This document shows, piece by piece, positions 1-12,499 of a DNA stretch of 64,000 bases. The stretch is taken from assembly GCA_036172245.1 (NCBI GenBank), contig JAYWIR010000023.1:1426001-1490000 (forward strand). Reading direction: 5' to 3'. Numbering within the stretch: the stretch's first letter is position 1; every line of letters starts with the position of its first letter. Origin of the DNA: Raillietiella orientalis. Taxonomy: Eukaryota. A program made the position numbers and the translations under genes. The notes beneath the pieces are model-generated. The model saw only the letters and a list, made by a program, of their open reading frames with translations. It was not told the DNA's origin and did not search any database.

Positions 1-299
1 GAGAATCTATCCCTCAGCGAGATACCGGCCAAGTCGACCCTGCTTTCTGGAGCGGGTCGTGAGACGCTAAAGATACCACGAGAGTCCTTCTACATCGGTA
101 GGATGGGCAAGATGTGGATTCTTTCGCAGCCTGGTAGGCAGCCTGCTGGATTGTGAGGGTCACCAAGACCATCGTCGAATAGAAACTGTCCCGACTGATG
201 CACGAAGCGAAGCTCAGGGACCTCGCTCAGGGCCAGCAAGGGTGGAAGGATTTCCACGAGATTTCACGTGGAAACTTGGAGATCCCGGTTATCCTGTGA

Positions 300-2560
300 A
301 ACAACTCCATCGTTCCCCTTCTCCGTCTTGAAGGTGGCTGCTGGGACCTCTTTCGGAACGAGGAATGCCATTGTGCTTCAGAGAAGAGAATCTCCAAAGA
401 ATGTTCCCAAAGAGGAACAGTGGGAATTCTTATCCTAGTATGCTGCAGGAATGTTTCAGAGGCAGGAACACTTTAGATCTGCTACTATGCCCTTGCCCTC
501 AGGGCTTTTTCTGAATAGCAGTCACTTAATCCTGCTAATCAGTTTTCTCAAATGCCAGCAACGGCGCTTGCCAAGATGGAAGGAGGATGTGTCCGGCATC
601 CCTGGAAACCATATTCAATCGCTTGATGAGAGATGTGGCAGAGTGGCCTGAACCGGGATGCAAAGTGCAGGGGAGTCTCAGAGCGATTATCGTCGAACTA
701 AGTCCTCACCAGTGATCTATCTCCCTGCATTCCTACCGAATTCGTGCCTTTAAAAATCCTGTGCATTACGTGGGACTGCCTCACCTCTGAGCTCATTAAC
801 TCATCTATTGGCCCTCTCTGTGGCTCTGTTCTTAATAAGGTTTGGTCCATTTCGACTGACGCCAGCATATCTCGCAAGCTTCCTGACTTCAGGTTCTGTT
901 CTTCCTCGAAACAGATGCAGTCCAGGATGAAAAGGTCGTTCCATAGTCTCCTCGCTGCATCGCCCGGATTAGGTGCAGGCGGCAGGGTGGAGGCTGCTTG
1001 GCTTCTGGATTCACAGGGGCATTCCATCAGTTTTCACACCTTTAGCATCTGCGTATGTTTTCTCGTTTTGGGAAGACAGGGAATCTCGTTGTTGGAATTG
1101 GGAGAATGAACCCTCAGCCGGAGAACAGTCCAGCTTGTGGGTCCATTCTCTCCAGTCCATCTAGTGGTGAGTAGTTTATTACAATGAAACCATCAGGCAG
1201 AAATGCTACACACGCCAACCAACCTACCAACTGGATTTTGATTCTTTTTCCTGCTTTCAGCATTTTCTTCCCGAAGACGCGTATCCCTCTTTCCCTGGTT
1301 TGCTTGAGCTTGAGACTCATTCCTGGCAGCTTTGCTACCTTGTTCTTCCTCTTCCTGACTTCTCACTGTGCGCATACACTTAACACCTGCAGTAGCTGCT
1401 CTTGGAAGCTCTCCCACTGGAGAAAAGGAATCTGTGGTCTCTTTATGATTCTCTAGAGGATAATTGGAGCGCTTCGTGGATCTGCTTCCTGGAACAGGAA
1501 CTCTCAGCGTGCAGTTGAGGTAGCCTTTGCAATGTCTCTACTCCTTTTCCCTTCTTCCTCGCTTCCCCGTCTTGTGATGCGTCCATTAATCATCTCTCGG
1601 ACATACCTTGAAACTTGTCGTCATCGAAGGGGTTGTGTAGTCACCTCTTATTATGTTGCTCGTGGCTGATCATGTCTTCCTCTTCCTCGGTATGGAGGAT
1701 GGAGTGCAGGTGCTCCATCTTCCACCGGCGATGGCATATCCTGCTTCACCTGCTTCTTGCATCATTTGTTTGTCTACGCTAGGCTTCTTCCCTCAGTCCT
1801 TCGTCTGTGGTCCGCCACTTTGTTCCTGACTTCTGTTCTTCGAAACTCGTGTTTTTCTGCAGCTTCTTTCGCTCGTCTAGCCTTTGGGTCCAGTAGATGT
1901 CACTGCCATGCTGAACGTCGGATACATCTATAAGTCACTTCATCTTTTCAACGCGCAGGGGGGGGACCTCCAGTCTCCATAGAATTCGTCCGTGTAGTGC
2001 ATCACAAGGTCTAAATGAGCCAACTGCTGCGGTTCTTGGTGGCACTATGGACTCCAGATACCGACATCCGATCGCAACATTGTGGTACTGCTGCTTCGTT
2101 CCCTGCCTTCCGGGAGTTCTTGGACGTAGCTGCCGTTTTTCAATTTCTTGGACAAGGCAGAGAACCTCTGGAGGAGTGTCTTGGATTGTTTTTTGGGAAA
2201 GATTAAGTCCCGGTAGGGTCCATGAAAGGAAGGAGTTGCCACTGGAGACGAATTTCTAGTGCTCTCTGGGCTCTGGAAGTGTCTGTTTTCCGCCTTTTCT
2301 GCTTGCAGCTGCTCGAATGGGGGGAAGAGCCATTCAGTCCACCTGAACAGCGTGAGGGAATCTCGGTTAGGGAGGCGGGTATCCCAGCTTCGCTCCCAGG
2401 CGCTCGGACCAATACCTGGTGATCCTGCTTCGCCTCCTTGGTTCCTCGAGAACGACGGAAGTTCCCCCCCCCCGAAAATTTCCCGGTAGGCTTGGGAGTC
2501 CCTCCGCTCGCGTTCTGCTTCTTCTTGCATCACTTCCTCCAGCTACTTCATCACATACCA
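300..2560 (-). mobile_element. Decayed BEL/Pao LTR retrotransposon gag-pol relic
   Basis: Minus-strand motifs in the expected order: gag 'GELPSFSRN', knuckle end 'HLHSILH' (~1700), 'LWNDLFILDCICFEEE' (cf. FWELE.IGI), RT 'GIVADLK' (~480). Many stops and frameshifts. Confidence 0.45.
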
Positions 2561-2619
2561 CGAATGTATCCATCGAACCCTAGAAGGCAAGTTACCCTGA
2601 CACAAGAAGGATTTCTCTA

Positions 2620-3200
2620 GCGGATTCCTCAGGTGGGAAGTCTCAGTCGACTCCTCTCTCTACTTGGTGATCCAGAGCTGACGGAGGCGAGAGCGAAGGG
2701 AAGGATCTATCGTGTTTCTCGACGTCTTGCAGCGACAGGGTTTCCACTTCAGCGATCAGAGGCTACGAGGAACCGTAACGGGCCCTGGGGGCTGAGACTG
2801 CAGCTTGAACGGACGTGAGGGAGGTTTCTTGAGCGCAGATGTGAGTCCTCTGTTCCTCCAAAGGAGGATCACAGAAAGGGAAAAGAAAGTGAACGAGAAC
2901 CAACTCAAAAGGGAGTTATCAAGGCACGGAATACAGCACACGGATGTTCCAGATCCGGAACTGGAGCAAGAAAAAACGTTTTCCATGGAAATCGGGTGTC
3001 AAGCACTTCGAATCGGCGAGTCTGCAAGACAATCTCTACGGCCTATCTTCTGCAGCGATCAGGAAAGCGAAGACAGAGGGAATTTACCTGAAAATTCCGC
3101 ATGAGCTACAGAGGTTTCCGAAGAGGAAAAGAAGAAATCCTCGAAGATCTGAATGCAGCATCCACACTAAGTTTCATTGAGGATTCCTTAAGACTAATCG
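2620..3200 (+). mobile_element. Penelope-like element relic (RT C-terminus and GIY-YIG start)
   Basis: 'SIVFLDVLQRQG' (~2706), 'LKRELSRHG', 'LRIGESARQSLRPIF' and 'EGIYLKIP' occur in Penelope order, frameshifted. Confidence 0.55.
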
Positions 3201-3739
3201 ATGTTACGTAGTACGATGTCACGGACAGCAGCGCTCTCAATGACGATGAGCGAGTTTATCCCCTTTTGTTGATTCCATGTTCAAATGGGGAAAGGGATAA
3301 ACGCGAATGGCGAAGGAGTGCTTGGAACTTTCACCATCTTCTCGCATGCCGCATCTCAACTCGTCCTCATGGCACAAGTGCAACGTCTGAGTATTCTTTC
3401 ATTACGGACAGTGAATTATTCAACGCTTCCAATGTGTATCCTGGGAACATTTTAATTAGGCCCATGGGGAATGCATAGCAACGTTCGGTAGAATTTTCAC
3501 ACATTGCTCGAGGGGAAACTGCAATCTTGGAGGCTTTCCAGCTGTTTCTCAGACAGCTCGCTCTCTAACATCCTATGATGTGGCATGACTGAAGGATCAC
3601 TCAAGGTGTCCCCTTAGTAGATCAGGAGGAACTGATGTCGTCAGAGGCCATTCTGGATGTTGCAGAATGACCATTTCGCTCCTCAGGTGGTCAGCTAGCC
3701 TCTATGGAATATTTAGTTCTTCCAGGGTCTTGTCATTGG

Positions 3740-4450
3740 CAGGGTCCTACGCGCCTAGGAATCCCATGTATGCATTCCTGGATATGTATAAAGACCCATA
3801 AATGAAGATCTTTCGAATCAGGATCGGATATCATAAGTTTTTTTTATGTTCTCTGCTTATCTCTTTGGAATCTCTTCTCCTTCATTCCCTATCGTTGTCC
3901 GGATCCCAGTATATCAAGGAACGAACGAGAAGGCCCTTGCTGCTGTTCAAGGTACTCCTTTGGAGATGAGGAGTTGATTCTCTTTATCTTCTCCCCTTCT
4001 TCCGTCTTGCCTCTTGTAGCATCGCTGGTGACTACTCAAAGGCGTGCGTCGCTTCCAGCAAGAAGACTACTTCCCTTGCATGACTGAAGTAACAAACTCG
4101 CCTTCAGCCTCTGCGACTCTAGGTGCTCCAGGTTTGTCCTCCTGATCTGGGCCATCAGTTCTTCGGATCTTTCAGAGATCTGCAGTTGATGCAGGGATTA
4201 TGAGTGTGTCCGAGGGACTCTTCCTATGCACCTCCTTCACCTGCTACCGGTTTATCCCTGTTGGGAACTGTACTTGGTCACACCATGTGAATCTCTTTGC
4301 GGTCCTCAAACGATTCTGCCCGGCGTCAGAGAGATTTCCACTCAAATTAAGTGTTCCGTGGCAAGTGATGTCCACGCCACTCTGTGCTGACAGTTGTGCA
4401 GGATGGAAGCCATTTTATTTCTCACGTGCTAACCACATGTGAAGTGCCCC
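3740..4450 (-). mobile_element. RLE-type non-LTR retrotransposon (NeSL/Utopia/R2-like) 3' relic
   Basis: 'RC..ESLGHTHNPC' (CCHC finger), 'VFLLEATHAFE', 'QEARRKK', 'WDPDND', 'LMISD' and 'SRNAY' in the expected order. Confidence 0.6.
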
Positions 4451-4499
4451 CCAAAATCTGAGTTCCTTCACCCCCTTTTCAAAGACCTCTTTTACCTCT

Positions 4500-5090
4500 G
4501 GCCTGCCCATCGTCCAGGTAGTCCTTGCGTTGCTCCATTTTTTCTCAGATCTCACCGGACATGCGTTCGTTCATTCGCTAGCGATGTCTGCAGTCGCTCT
4601 CTTACCATCGATCGTGAAGTCTTCTGAAGAGACTAAAGGTTCTTGCACGGCCGGCTACGGCGAACTTAAGAGCTGGAAGGAACCATCTGTGGAGGAATCA
4701 TCGGTCCCGCGAGTCGCATTAGGTAAGCCTGAGGCACCCTCTCGACCTATTCATCCTAATAGGCCAACCGTTCCTTCGCCCTCAGCATGAAACCCATGCT
4801 CTTTTCCGACGAGGGCACAGACTGCTGCAAAGTGATTGGAAAGCGATTGATCGATCCTGATGGTGGTGGATCGACTTCCGCGTGGCTTCTTTTACGCGAG
4901 AATTGTCGACATAGCTGACTTCCAGGAACGCTCAAAAGTTTCGCTCATCTCACCTCTGAAGGGAGGGCTCGTTCGGATCGGTCCAGCGATCATCATCTCC
5001 TCTCGCATTCGAGCATCAGCAGGAACAAGAAAGCAGACGAGAAGCGCGCCATCCCGTTTCCCCGTCCACCTCCTCGTTTCCCAAACCTAA
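4500..5090 (+). mobile_element. hAT (Buster/Charlie-like) transposase fragment
   Basis: 'HAFVHSLAM' (cf. HC..H..ALA) followed by 'VDRLPRGFFYARIVDI' (cf. VRWLSRG..L.R..EL). Confidence 0.4.
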
Positions 5091-7589
5091 GCTGCTCCAC
5101 CTAAAGGACCAATCCGGTGGGGAAATGCATGCAAGAGGGGAGATGGCGGCAGCTCGCCAGGAAGTTCCCGGAAGGACCCATGGAGCCCTCCTGACGAGGC
5201 TCTGTGGCAACGGAATCCTTGCTTCCGGACCCACGGAAGAAAACCGGCTGCGAGGCCAGGGAAGCGTCGCTCCCGTCCGGGATACAGGCGCTCTGTCCGC
5301 GTGCAGGACCACCGACGAGCCATGCTCCCTCGGTCGCCTGCCTGGCTTCCCTGCCCCTCTCCCGCTCCCAGGAACCCACGAGCGCACGCGATCCTCCTCG
5401 AAGGGCGTCTCGAGGCCGGACGGGGAGATACTGCGCTGCGGAGAGTGGATTTTCCAATCTGTCGCCGCGGATCCTTGAAGGAAGATTTATTGCCCGTTTA
5501 GCTCAGCATGAGCTCCCTGAGCCGGGAACTCTGTTCCCTTGGAAGCGCGCGGTTCAGCCAGCATGCTGTCCGGAGGAGGAAGAAGATTAGCCTGGGAAGA
5601 AGAGAGATCTGCACCAGGTTCATATCCGCTGTGGCGGATCGCGCCTTCGCAGATCGCAAGGGCGGAATGCGAATCCGCAGTATCAGCTAATCAGGAGCGG
5701 GAAATTTTGCTGACGGCACAGGGTTTGAAAAGATAGAACCAGGAGTTTCAGGAACGAAGACGGCAGGAGGACGTGCTTCTGGGAGAGATCCTCTTGTTCC
5801 CTTGGAGATGGAGCTTGACTAGTAGGTCTCTTTTCTTTGTTGTCGTTTTCTCCATTCTTTACAGGATGCAAGAGAGGGAGAGAGAAGAAGGAGAGACAAA
5901 GAGATGCTATAAGAAGGGTCAGGAAAAAGGGGACGCTTGCACCATCGTGCGTACTGGACCTCCCAGGAGACGAAATCGAAAACTTTCCTTCGGAGTTCTG
6001 GAATTCAGTGATGTAGTTTTCCTCGTCCATTGAATCCTCTCGCGGGACTGAATGATCCCTTATTTCCAGGAAGCTGGAAAAGCGATCCGGCCCCTTTCCA
6101 GACATTCAATTTCCTGGACAGCATGTTGCTGCTTCTCAACAGATGCATTTCTGAGAGCTCAGCCTTGGTCTGCGCAACCTCCCCACGCCTCCGCCCTTCG
6201 ACCCCGCTCCCCATGCCGCACTGTTTTCAGTTTCCGTTTCTCCACCCCTTTCTTTCAAGACACCACATTTCCATCTTCTTTCCGCGCGTGGGGACCAGGA
6301 AAGAAGGGGCGGGTGCTGGAGCATTTCATCCCCAGCCTGGATGTTAGTGTGCGGCTGGATCTTCTCCCCGTTTGTCGCCTTCCTCGATCTGCGAAACCTG
6401 CGCACACTCCAGTCGAGACGAAGACCAGCAAAAAGCCAGTCTCCCTGGCGGAATAAAGTTTCCGAAGTCATTCTCCTTCTTCCAGAAGACAGTTTCTTTC
6501 GGCAGATTTGCTCCAACCCTCTCGTCATCTTTTTCAGGGGTCTGCGCTCAGCTTCTCCGTGACGTTCGCAGGATGGGATCTCTTGTGTCTCGCTCTTGCG
6601 CCCTCGTCTACGCTCTGGAGCGATCTTTCAAGGAAGGTCACTTTTTTTCATACGTAGAGAAGGGAGTCTCACCTCTGGATCAACAACAATTCGTTGTCTG
6701 GAACCTCCAAACAAGGCGCTTTTTTTTTTTTTTTTTGGAGAGAGAGAGAGGAGCGTTTTGAACTCTTCTAAAAATTCAGGATTTTCGAAATTCCGCGAAC
6801 TTTTAGAAGATTGTGAACTTTCAGCGGGTGCCCCTGGGGGTACAACAACCCGGTCGAGCTTGCTGGTGTATGTGTGTGTGCCTCACAATGGATTCCTCTT
6901 ACACAGAATCCTGAAGGGCGTCGAATCACAACCACGGAGCTCGGAGTGGCCACTCTGGTTACACTAGAAGTTTCCCTGGGACCCTGGGAGAATGAAAGGC
7001 TCAGGAATGGAGATTCTGGCAAGAAGAGTCCAGATGAACAAGGGATTTCAGCACCAGTCATTTCATGCGGAAACACCTACAGGAAAGACGCAAAGACACC
7101 AGAAGGATGAAAGAGCAAAACAAAGGAAAGAAAAGAAAGATGCAGCGCCGTCCCTCGGCTCTGCATCGATGCCACAAATCGGCAGGTGGCGAGTGGTCCA
7201 CAGCAGGCACCTCGAGGGCAGGAAGTTCATTCCGTCGGGCTGAGGAGCAGGCTCTGTGGCGTACCATTCGTAATGGCCTGGAAGAGATGAACGAGGCAAA
7301 GACTCTGCTTTTTTTGCCAATGATCGCGGAGGGCAGAGAGGCCAGGTGCAAAGTGGATGTGGTGCTGTGGGAGCAAAGTGGATGCAGCTGGACTTGCGGT
7401 CCAAAGGGTTCGATGGAATACCAGCTCATGAGCGTGACGAAAGCAAGGCCTCCGCAACCACGTTCTTATTCACTCATAGTTCCATAAAAGACAGCAAAGA
7501 ATCCCGGAAACCAGATCTGCTTCTGCCCCCATTCTCGATCCATACAGTCCTTCCAACAATTTAGTTCATGGGTGCACGTCTTCTTCATC

Positions 7590-7940
7590 TGTTGGTCTTT
7601 TCGCCGTCATGAGGGCTGTTCGTCGAGGCTGGTGGCCGAACCGATGCAATCCAACGCACGTTACGAGAATGCTGCACGTTGCCATGCATCGTCTCATCAT
7701 CGGAGAACACCTTCCTCATGGATGTCCCCAGATCCATCGATTCCTGTAGATCCTCGAGGTTAGTGCTTGCACACGAAGGTGGGCACTCTGGACGCGAAAC
7801 GGAAGAGATCCTGTTCTCAGCAATTCCCTCCTCTCTTTTCTGCCTTGCTTGCTCCAGAGTCTCCAGTGCTCCCTCCAGTGCTCCCTCGCTCCTCTTCATC
7901 CTGAAGGACCAGGTCCGAGTGACGTTACAAATCGGTCCCC
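7590..7940 (-). mobile_element. RLE-type non-LTR retrotransposon, short 3' relic
   Basis: 'SDLVLQDEE' (cf. RPDLV), 'ALETLEQARQKR' and 'DLGTSMRK...HSRNV' parallel the neighbouring copy. Confidence 0.45.
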
Positions 7941-7950
7941 AGTATTGTTA

Positions 7951-9880
7951 TTTTTTTTTTTTTTGAAGCCACTACCAGCTACTGTTACTGTCTTTGCATG
8001 GTCCTGTTAACTCGTCTCCATGATTACTTTGGCGAGAACACTCGGGGTGCGAACGTTGGGAATCGGCTACCCAGGAAACGATGAAGCGCCGAAACAGCTG
8101 AAGATCTCAACACACCAAAAAAAGGATCCTTTTTATTGCTTAAATTCAAAATTTAACATCGCGTGACGGGAGGAGGGGAGGCTCTTCACATTCTGAGATT
8201 CCTCATCTATCCATCTGGGGCTCTCCTCGCCCTTCAATCTGTTGCTTCCACAACGTCTTGTCCTCCGTCTCGCAAGAGCTGATTGCTGGAATTTTCCGGC
8301 TGCATCTGAGTTTCGGTCCCTCGTGTTGTTCCTCCCATGATGTGGGCTGCGTAGATGTTCCTGGAGCATCGGATGCACGAGACCGCCATCCTCTGCCTCA
8401 TCCTCTCCGAGTGCTCTTTGGGAACTCCAAGATCATGCAGCACTTCCTCGTTATCTGTGTCCCAGGCTCCCAGTGAGCCAATAATGAGAGCACGTACCCT
8501 GCATTGTTTCCTTTCCTTGCTTATCTGGAGGGCTACTTCCTTATATTTTCCAGCCTTTTTCTCTTGGCTGTGCTATCCTCTATCCTCGAACGGGCAGCAG
8601 ATTTCCAGCCGTATTGTTGGACTTTTTTTCGGAACTAGCTCCGGCCTCAAGAAGGAGTCCGTTCCTGGAGCTCTCTGGTCGGTCGCCATTAGGTTCCACT
8701 TTGCTTCAACCACCGCGGCCATCCTGATGACTTCTTGAATCGCGTTGTGTCGTTCAGTGGTCAGAGTGGATGGTCTGTGCCAGATCCGGCACTTTGCAGC
8801 TAAATGTGCAGGGAGCATTGTTTGGAAGGAAATGGGCGACCCTCCTAGAGCCACGGTTTCGTTCAGAAGACTGAACAGAGAGATCATGGACCTCATTGCC
8901 ACTGAAGGATAGATGGTCCTTCATCATCTACTTGTGCCTGCAGCCGAATAAAGGAAGAGATTTCTAACATATTCTTTTACTCCAGTTGGCGCTCTTCAGG
9001 CTGCCAGTTTGACCTAGCTGGGACTTCCCAAAAGGATCTCCTGTCACGGACATTGACCCATTGAGCACTAAGTGTTCGAGCTCGTCACCCCCTTTTTAAT
9101 GTGCTCTTAGTGCTCCCTCGCACCCTTCCTCCATCATTGTCTTCAAACCGATTAGCAGTTGTTGCATGCAACCAAACGGGAATGAGAGAACCAGAGTGAG
9201 AACATGTGCGGAATGGGGTGGGGGGACTCTCCCTTAATCACACATCCCTCTGCCCACGTCGTTTATGGAAGATGCTGCTAGCGTGGGATGGGATGCTCGA
9301 GGGAGCTGCAGTCTCCCTCCAGGAGTCTAGAAAGACAGGCCCACCTGTCTCTCACCGAGCATGTACTTGCGTGCCAAACTTCCCTCTGAGACGGTGCGCG
9401 GACGGAGTGATGCAGAAGTCCCGGTTCGCGCAGACCCACGATTCATCCGAGTCTCGTGGCTTCACAATGGAACCCCGTCTCAAAGTTTGAAATTGGTTCT
9501 CTAAGGATTGGAGATTGATCCGCCTAACTTGTCACCTGGTGCATGCAGCAGCCCCTCGGCGGAATTTTCAATTCCTGTCTACTTCGTCAACTTCGAATGC
9601 CATTAGGGAACATCCATGGATGTGAGAGGAAGTTAGCGCGTGATCCATCATCCGCTCCACGAAAGTTTCTTTATCTATGGAAATCATCTTCATCGGCATC
9701 CTGATCAGCCAGGCATGCGATTATTGTGCAACGCCATGGAGGAGCGTTTGCCGCCCATGATGCTGGGATTTCACCGCGGCGCGCGAAACCCTTGCGAGGC
9801 CGTGAATCCCTGGGCAGCCATCGCTGCGAAACGAGGTGAAGATCTGCAACAATGTCTACATCCGTTCCCACGGAGAGAAA
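7951..9880 (-). mobile_element. RLE-type non-LTR retrotransposon (NeSL/Utopia-like), best preserved relic
   Basis: 8902-8234 reads, with one stop, ...HLAAKC...RHNAI...LRPELV...LEICCPFEDRG*..EKKAGKY...ALIIGSLGAWDTDNEEVLHDLGVP...CSRNIYAAHIMG, a restriction-like endonuclease C-terminus. RT remnant 'RRGEIPASW' at ~9770, AATAAA at ~8135 and an A14 tail at 7951-7964 on the minus strand. Confidence 0.8.
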
Positions 9881-10449
9881 GGAGAGAGGTTACGCTATAG
9901 TCTGGACGTCCCGGGAGCGATTCCGTTCCCTCTTATTCTTCCTTGTTCTCTAGGGCAAAGGCGCGGTCTGAAGATCATAGGGAAGGTCGCCAGACCGAGA
10001 AAATGGTTGAAGAAAGGGATATTGCTGGTCCTCGGTGATGATGAAGGCAGCTTAACGGGGTCAGTGCTCGCAATGTGCCGATGCCAGTGGCTGTGACAGG
10101 CATGGAAAACATGCATGGCTGTGCATGTTTTCCCGGTAAGGAGGATTCCGCAGCTGGGCTGCCGGAAGCCGAGTCACATTTTTCGCCCCTGTTTGGGCAG
10201 CAGCGCGAACTTGGGATCTCGTGACTGCAGCGAAAGTGGATGGATCGGAAAGAGATTAGCGGCATTTGCAGCTGTTTGACGGGATCGGTTGAGCTCTTGG
10301 ACTTTCAGGGAACGGGGAGAGCGCAAGCGTACCGCTGATGACGAAAGCTCTGAGTCACCTGACCCGTGTTTGCTTACCAACCAAAGTTTACAAGAGGTCC
10401 CTAACCTTTGCTTGACACCGACACTGCAATTTTGTAGGGAACCGTGCTG

Positions 10450-11500
10450 CGTTGTCTCTATCTTTTGCTTCCCCCGCACTGCCTTTTATCTGAGCTTCCA
10501 AAGTCTCTTGCTTTTCCGAGTTCAGACCTTGCCTTCATAGCTCGAAGACGAAGGAAAGTGGTTTGGCGGAGCAGAAGCGGATCCGAAGAGACCACTGCAG
10601 GGTTTTCACAAACAAACAAAGGAAGGTGGTCAGCTTGCGATCGGGAAATGGCCAAACACGAACAGAAGGTCGGTTGCGACACACTGGACCTAGTTCTCGA
10701 TTGAAAAGAAAGAAGCCGGACGGCAGTGGTGTCCCATCTTGTGCAAGAGGAAGGTGGTCGAGTGACTGCTGAGGACGCATCTCAGTGGAACTAAGGAGCT
10801 GCCTGCCTCTTGAGAGGATGTGGGATCTCCGTTCCCCGGGCCTCCCGTAAAAGCATCTTGGATGCGCTTTGAGAAAGTGAACCGGCAGCGACTAGTCGAT
10901 TTGCCCTGGGGAAAAAAAAAGTCGTCGCGTCTTGTCCTGTAAGCAGCTTCCGCTTTAGCAAAGCTTTCTCTGGAGTGAACAGCTGCAACCTTCAGATCAA
11001 GAAGCCTGAAGTATGGAGCTGCCAAACAGGCAGGCTGCCCGGCCAAACAGGAGCCTTCCACCACTTCATCCAGGCTGAGTAATGGGAGCCTTCCCGAAAC
11101 GTGAAAAGGCTGGAGACTTGCCTTGGATCAGAAACTGAGAAGAAAAAAAAACGCACAGTGAGGATGCAGAAGGAAAGTGACACATCTTCCTGATTCTGCG
11201 CAGAATCTTGAACTCCCTATGGGGATTGCAGCTACCCCAAAGACCTTGGAATTGATCGGTTCCGTTATGAAAGGTTGAGTTTCCAAAACTTCTGCCATGG
11301 TCATAGCTCGGGGCACGGCTCCCAGGTCTAGGGACTGCTTCCTGCTCGAACAGAGTAACTCGGCAAATACAAGAAGGTGAAGGACAATGCGATGCAGCCT
11401 TTCTAGGACGCGATCTGGCGGAAGCATCCTGCGCCCACCTTCATCTGTTCCCGAAGACTTTCCCAGCGGGTCCAAAGGGACAGAAAGGGGAAGGGGGGAT
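10450..11500 (-). mobile_element. hAT transposase C-terminal relic
   Basis: 'LLVFAELLCSSRKQSLDLGAV', 'PYFRLLDLKVAAVHSR' and dimerisation-like 'HLPLFVCE...LLRQTTFLRLRAMKAR' in order. Confidence 0.55.
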
Positions 11501-12499
11501 GAAGCTCCCGCTCTCCGCTGGTATGACCGGGAAGACCGCTCTGGGATTTCTGGAACACGACGGAAGAAGAGCGGGCTCACATGCGGAGCTCCCAGCGCGG
11601 AAGAGAGGATGAGGGCGCTCCAACTCGAGGGATCAGAAGTAGGAAACTTGAGAAGGGAGTGGCAGAGCTCGGCCTCGCTGCTTCGAGGGGAAGCGTTCCT
11701 GGGTCTCCCCGGTTTGCCGTCCACTCGCCGTCCGGCGTCGTTCAGCATGTCGCCGATGGTTGCGCCGCCTGCTGGCGCTGCGAAGGCTTCTCGCCGAAGG
11801 TCGAGGAGAGGGAATAATTCTCATCCCGCCGAGCCCTTCTCCAAACCAGGAGCATCCTTGCTAAGATCAGCTCAGAAGCCGCTGTCGGAGTCGAAGGGAG
11901 ACGAGAGCGTAGGCTGGAAGGAAGGAATTTTCCCTGCATCCTTTGACATCGTCTTGTGGATCGTCCAGGTGGGATCAATTTCCTCCTCCTTTCTCTTCTT
12001 CCTCATCCCTACCATCTCTTCCTACTTCCTTCCATTTATTCTGCTGCTCCTCCTCCTCCATCCTCTTTCCTATTTCCCTTTTCCCTTCTCTTCCTCCCCC
12101 TTTGTAGCCAGGTGCAGCCATTGCCTTTTCTGGACGCTCTTCCAGGAAGCGCCTCTTACCAGCGTCCTGTGCGTGCAGCCTTCTCGAACCCTCATGGGAG
12201 GAAGGGGAGGGTGGGGTAGGAGATTGTTGGGCAACCGGTGGGGCCGCCCGCTACTTCTTCCTTTGTACGCACTGAGGTCCCAGGAGCACCCCCTCGCGAG
12301 GGAGGGGACCAGAGAGACGCCTCCCACGCACCCCGTTCGTGTCCGGGTTCCTGCAGAAAAGGCGAAGAGCAGCTCGAGGGCGCGTTCTCCTGGTCGGGTC
12401 GCTTCCCGTGCGCGGATGTGTGGGCCCGCAGGGGTTCTGAAGCAGCGCGGGAGTCCTATGACGCGCCCGTCACCTGCGGCGCTGTCTCGATCCCTGGGG

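Noticed and set aside
6000..6600. Possible hAT dimerisation remnant (minus strand); similar at 60600-60800 (plus strand)
   Set aside because: Too degenerate to support individually.
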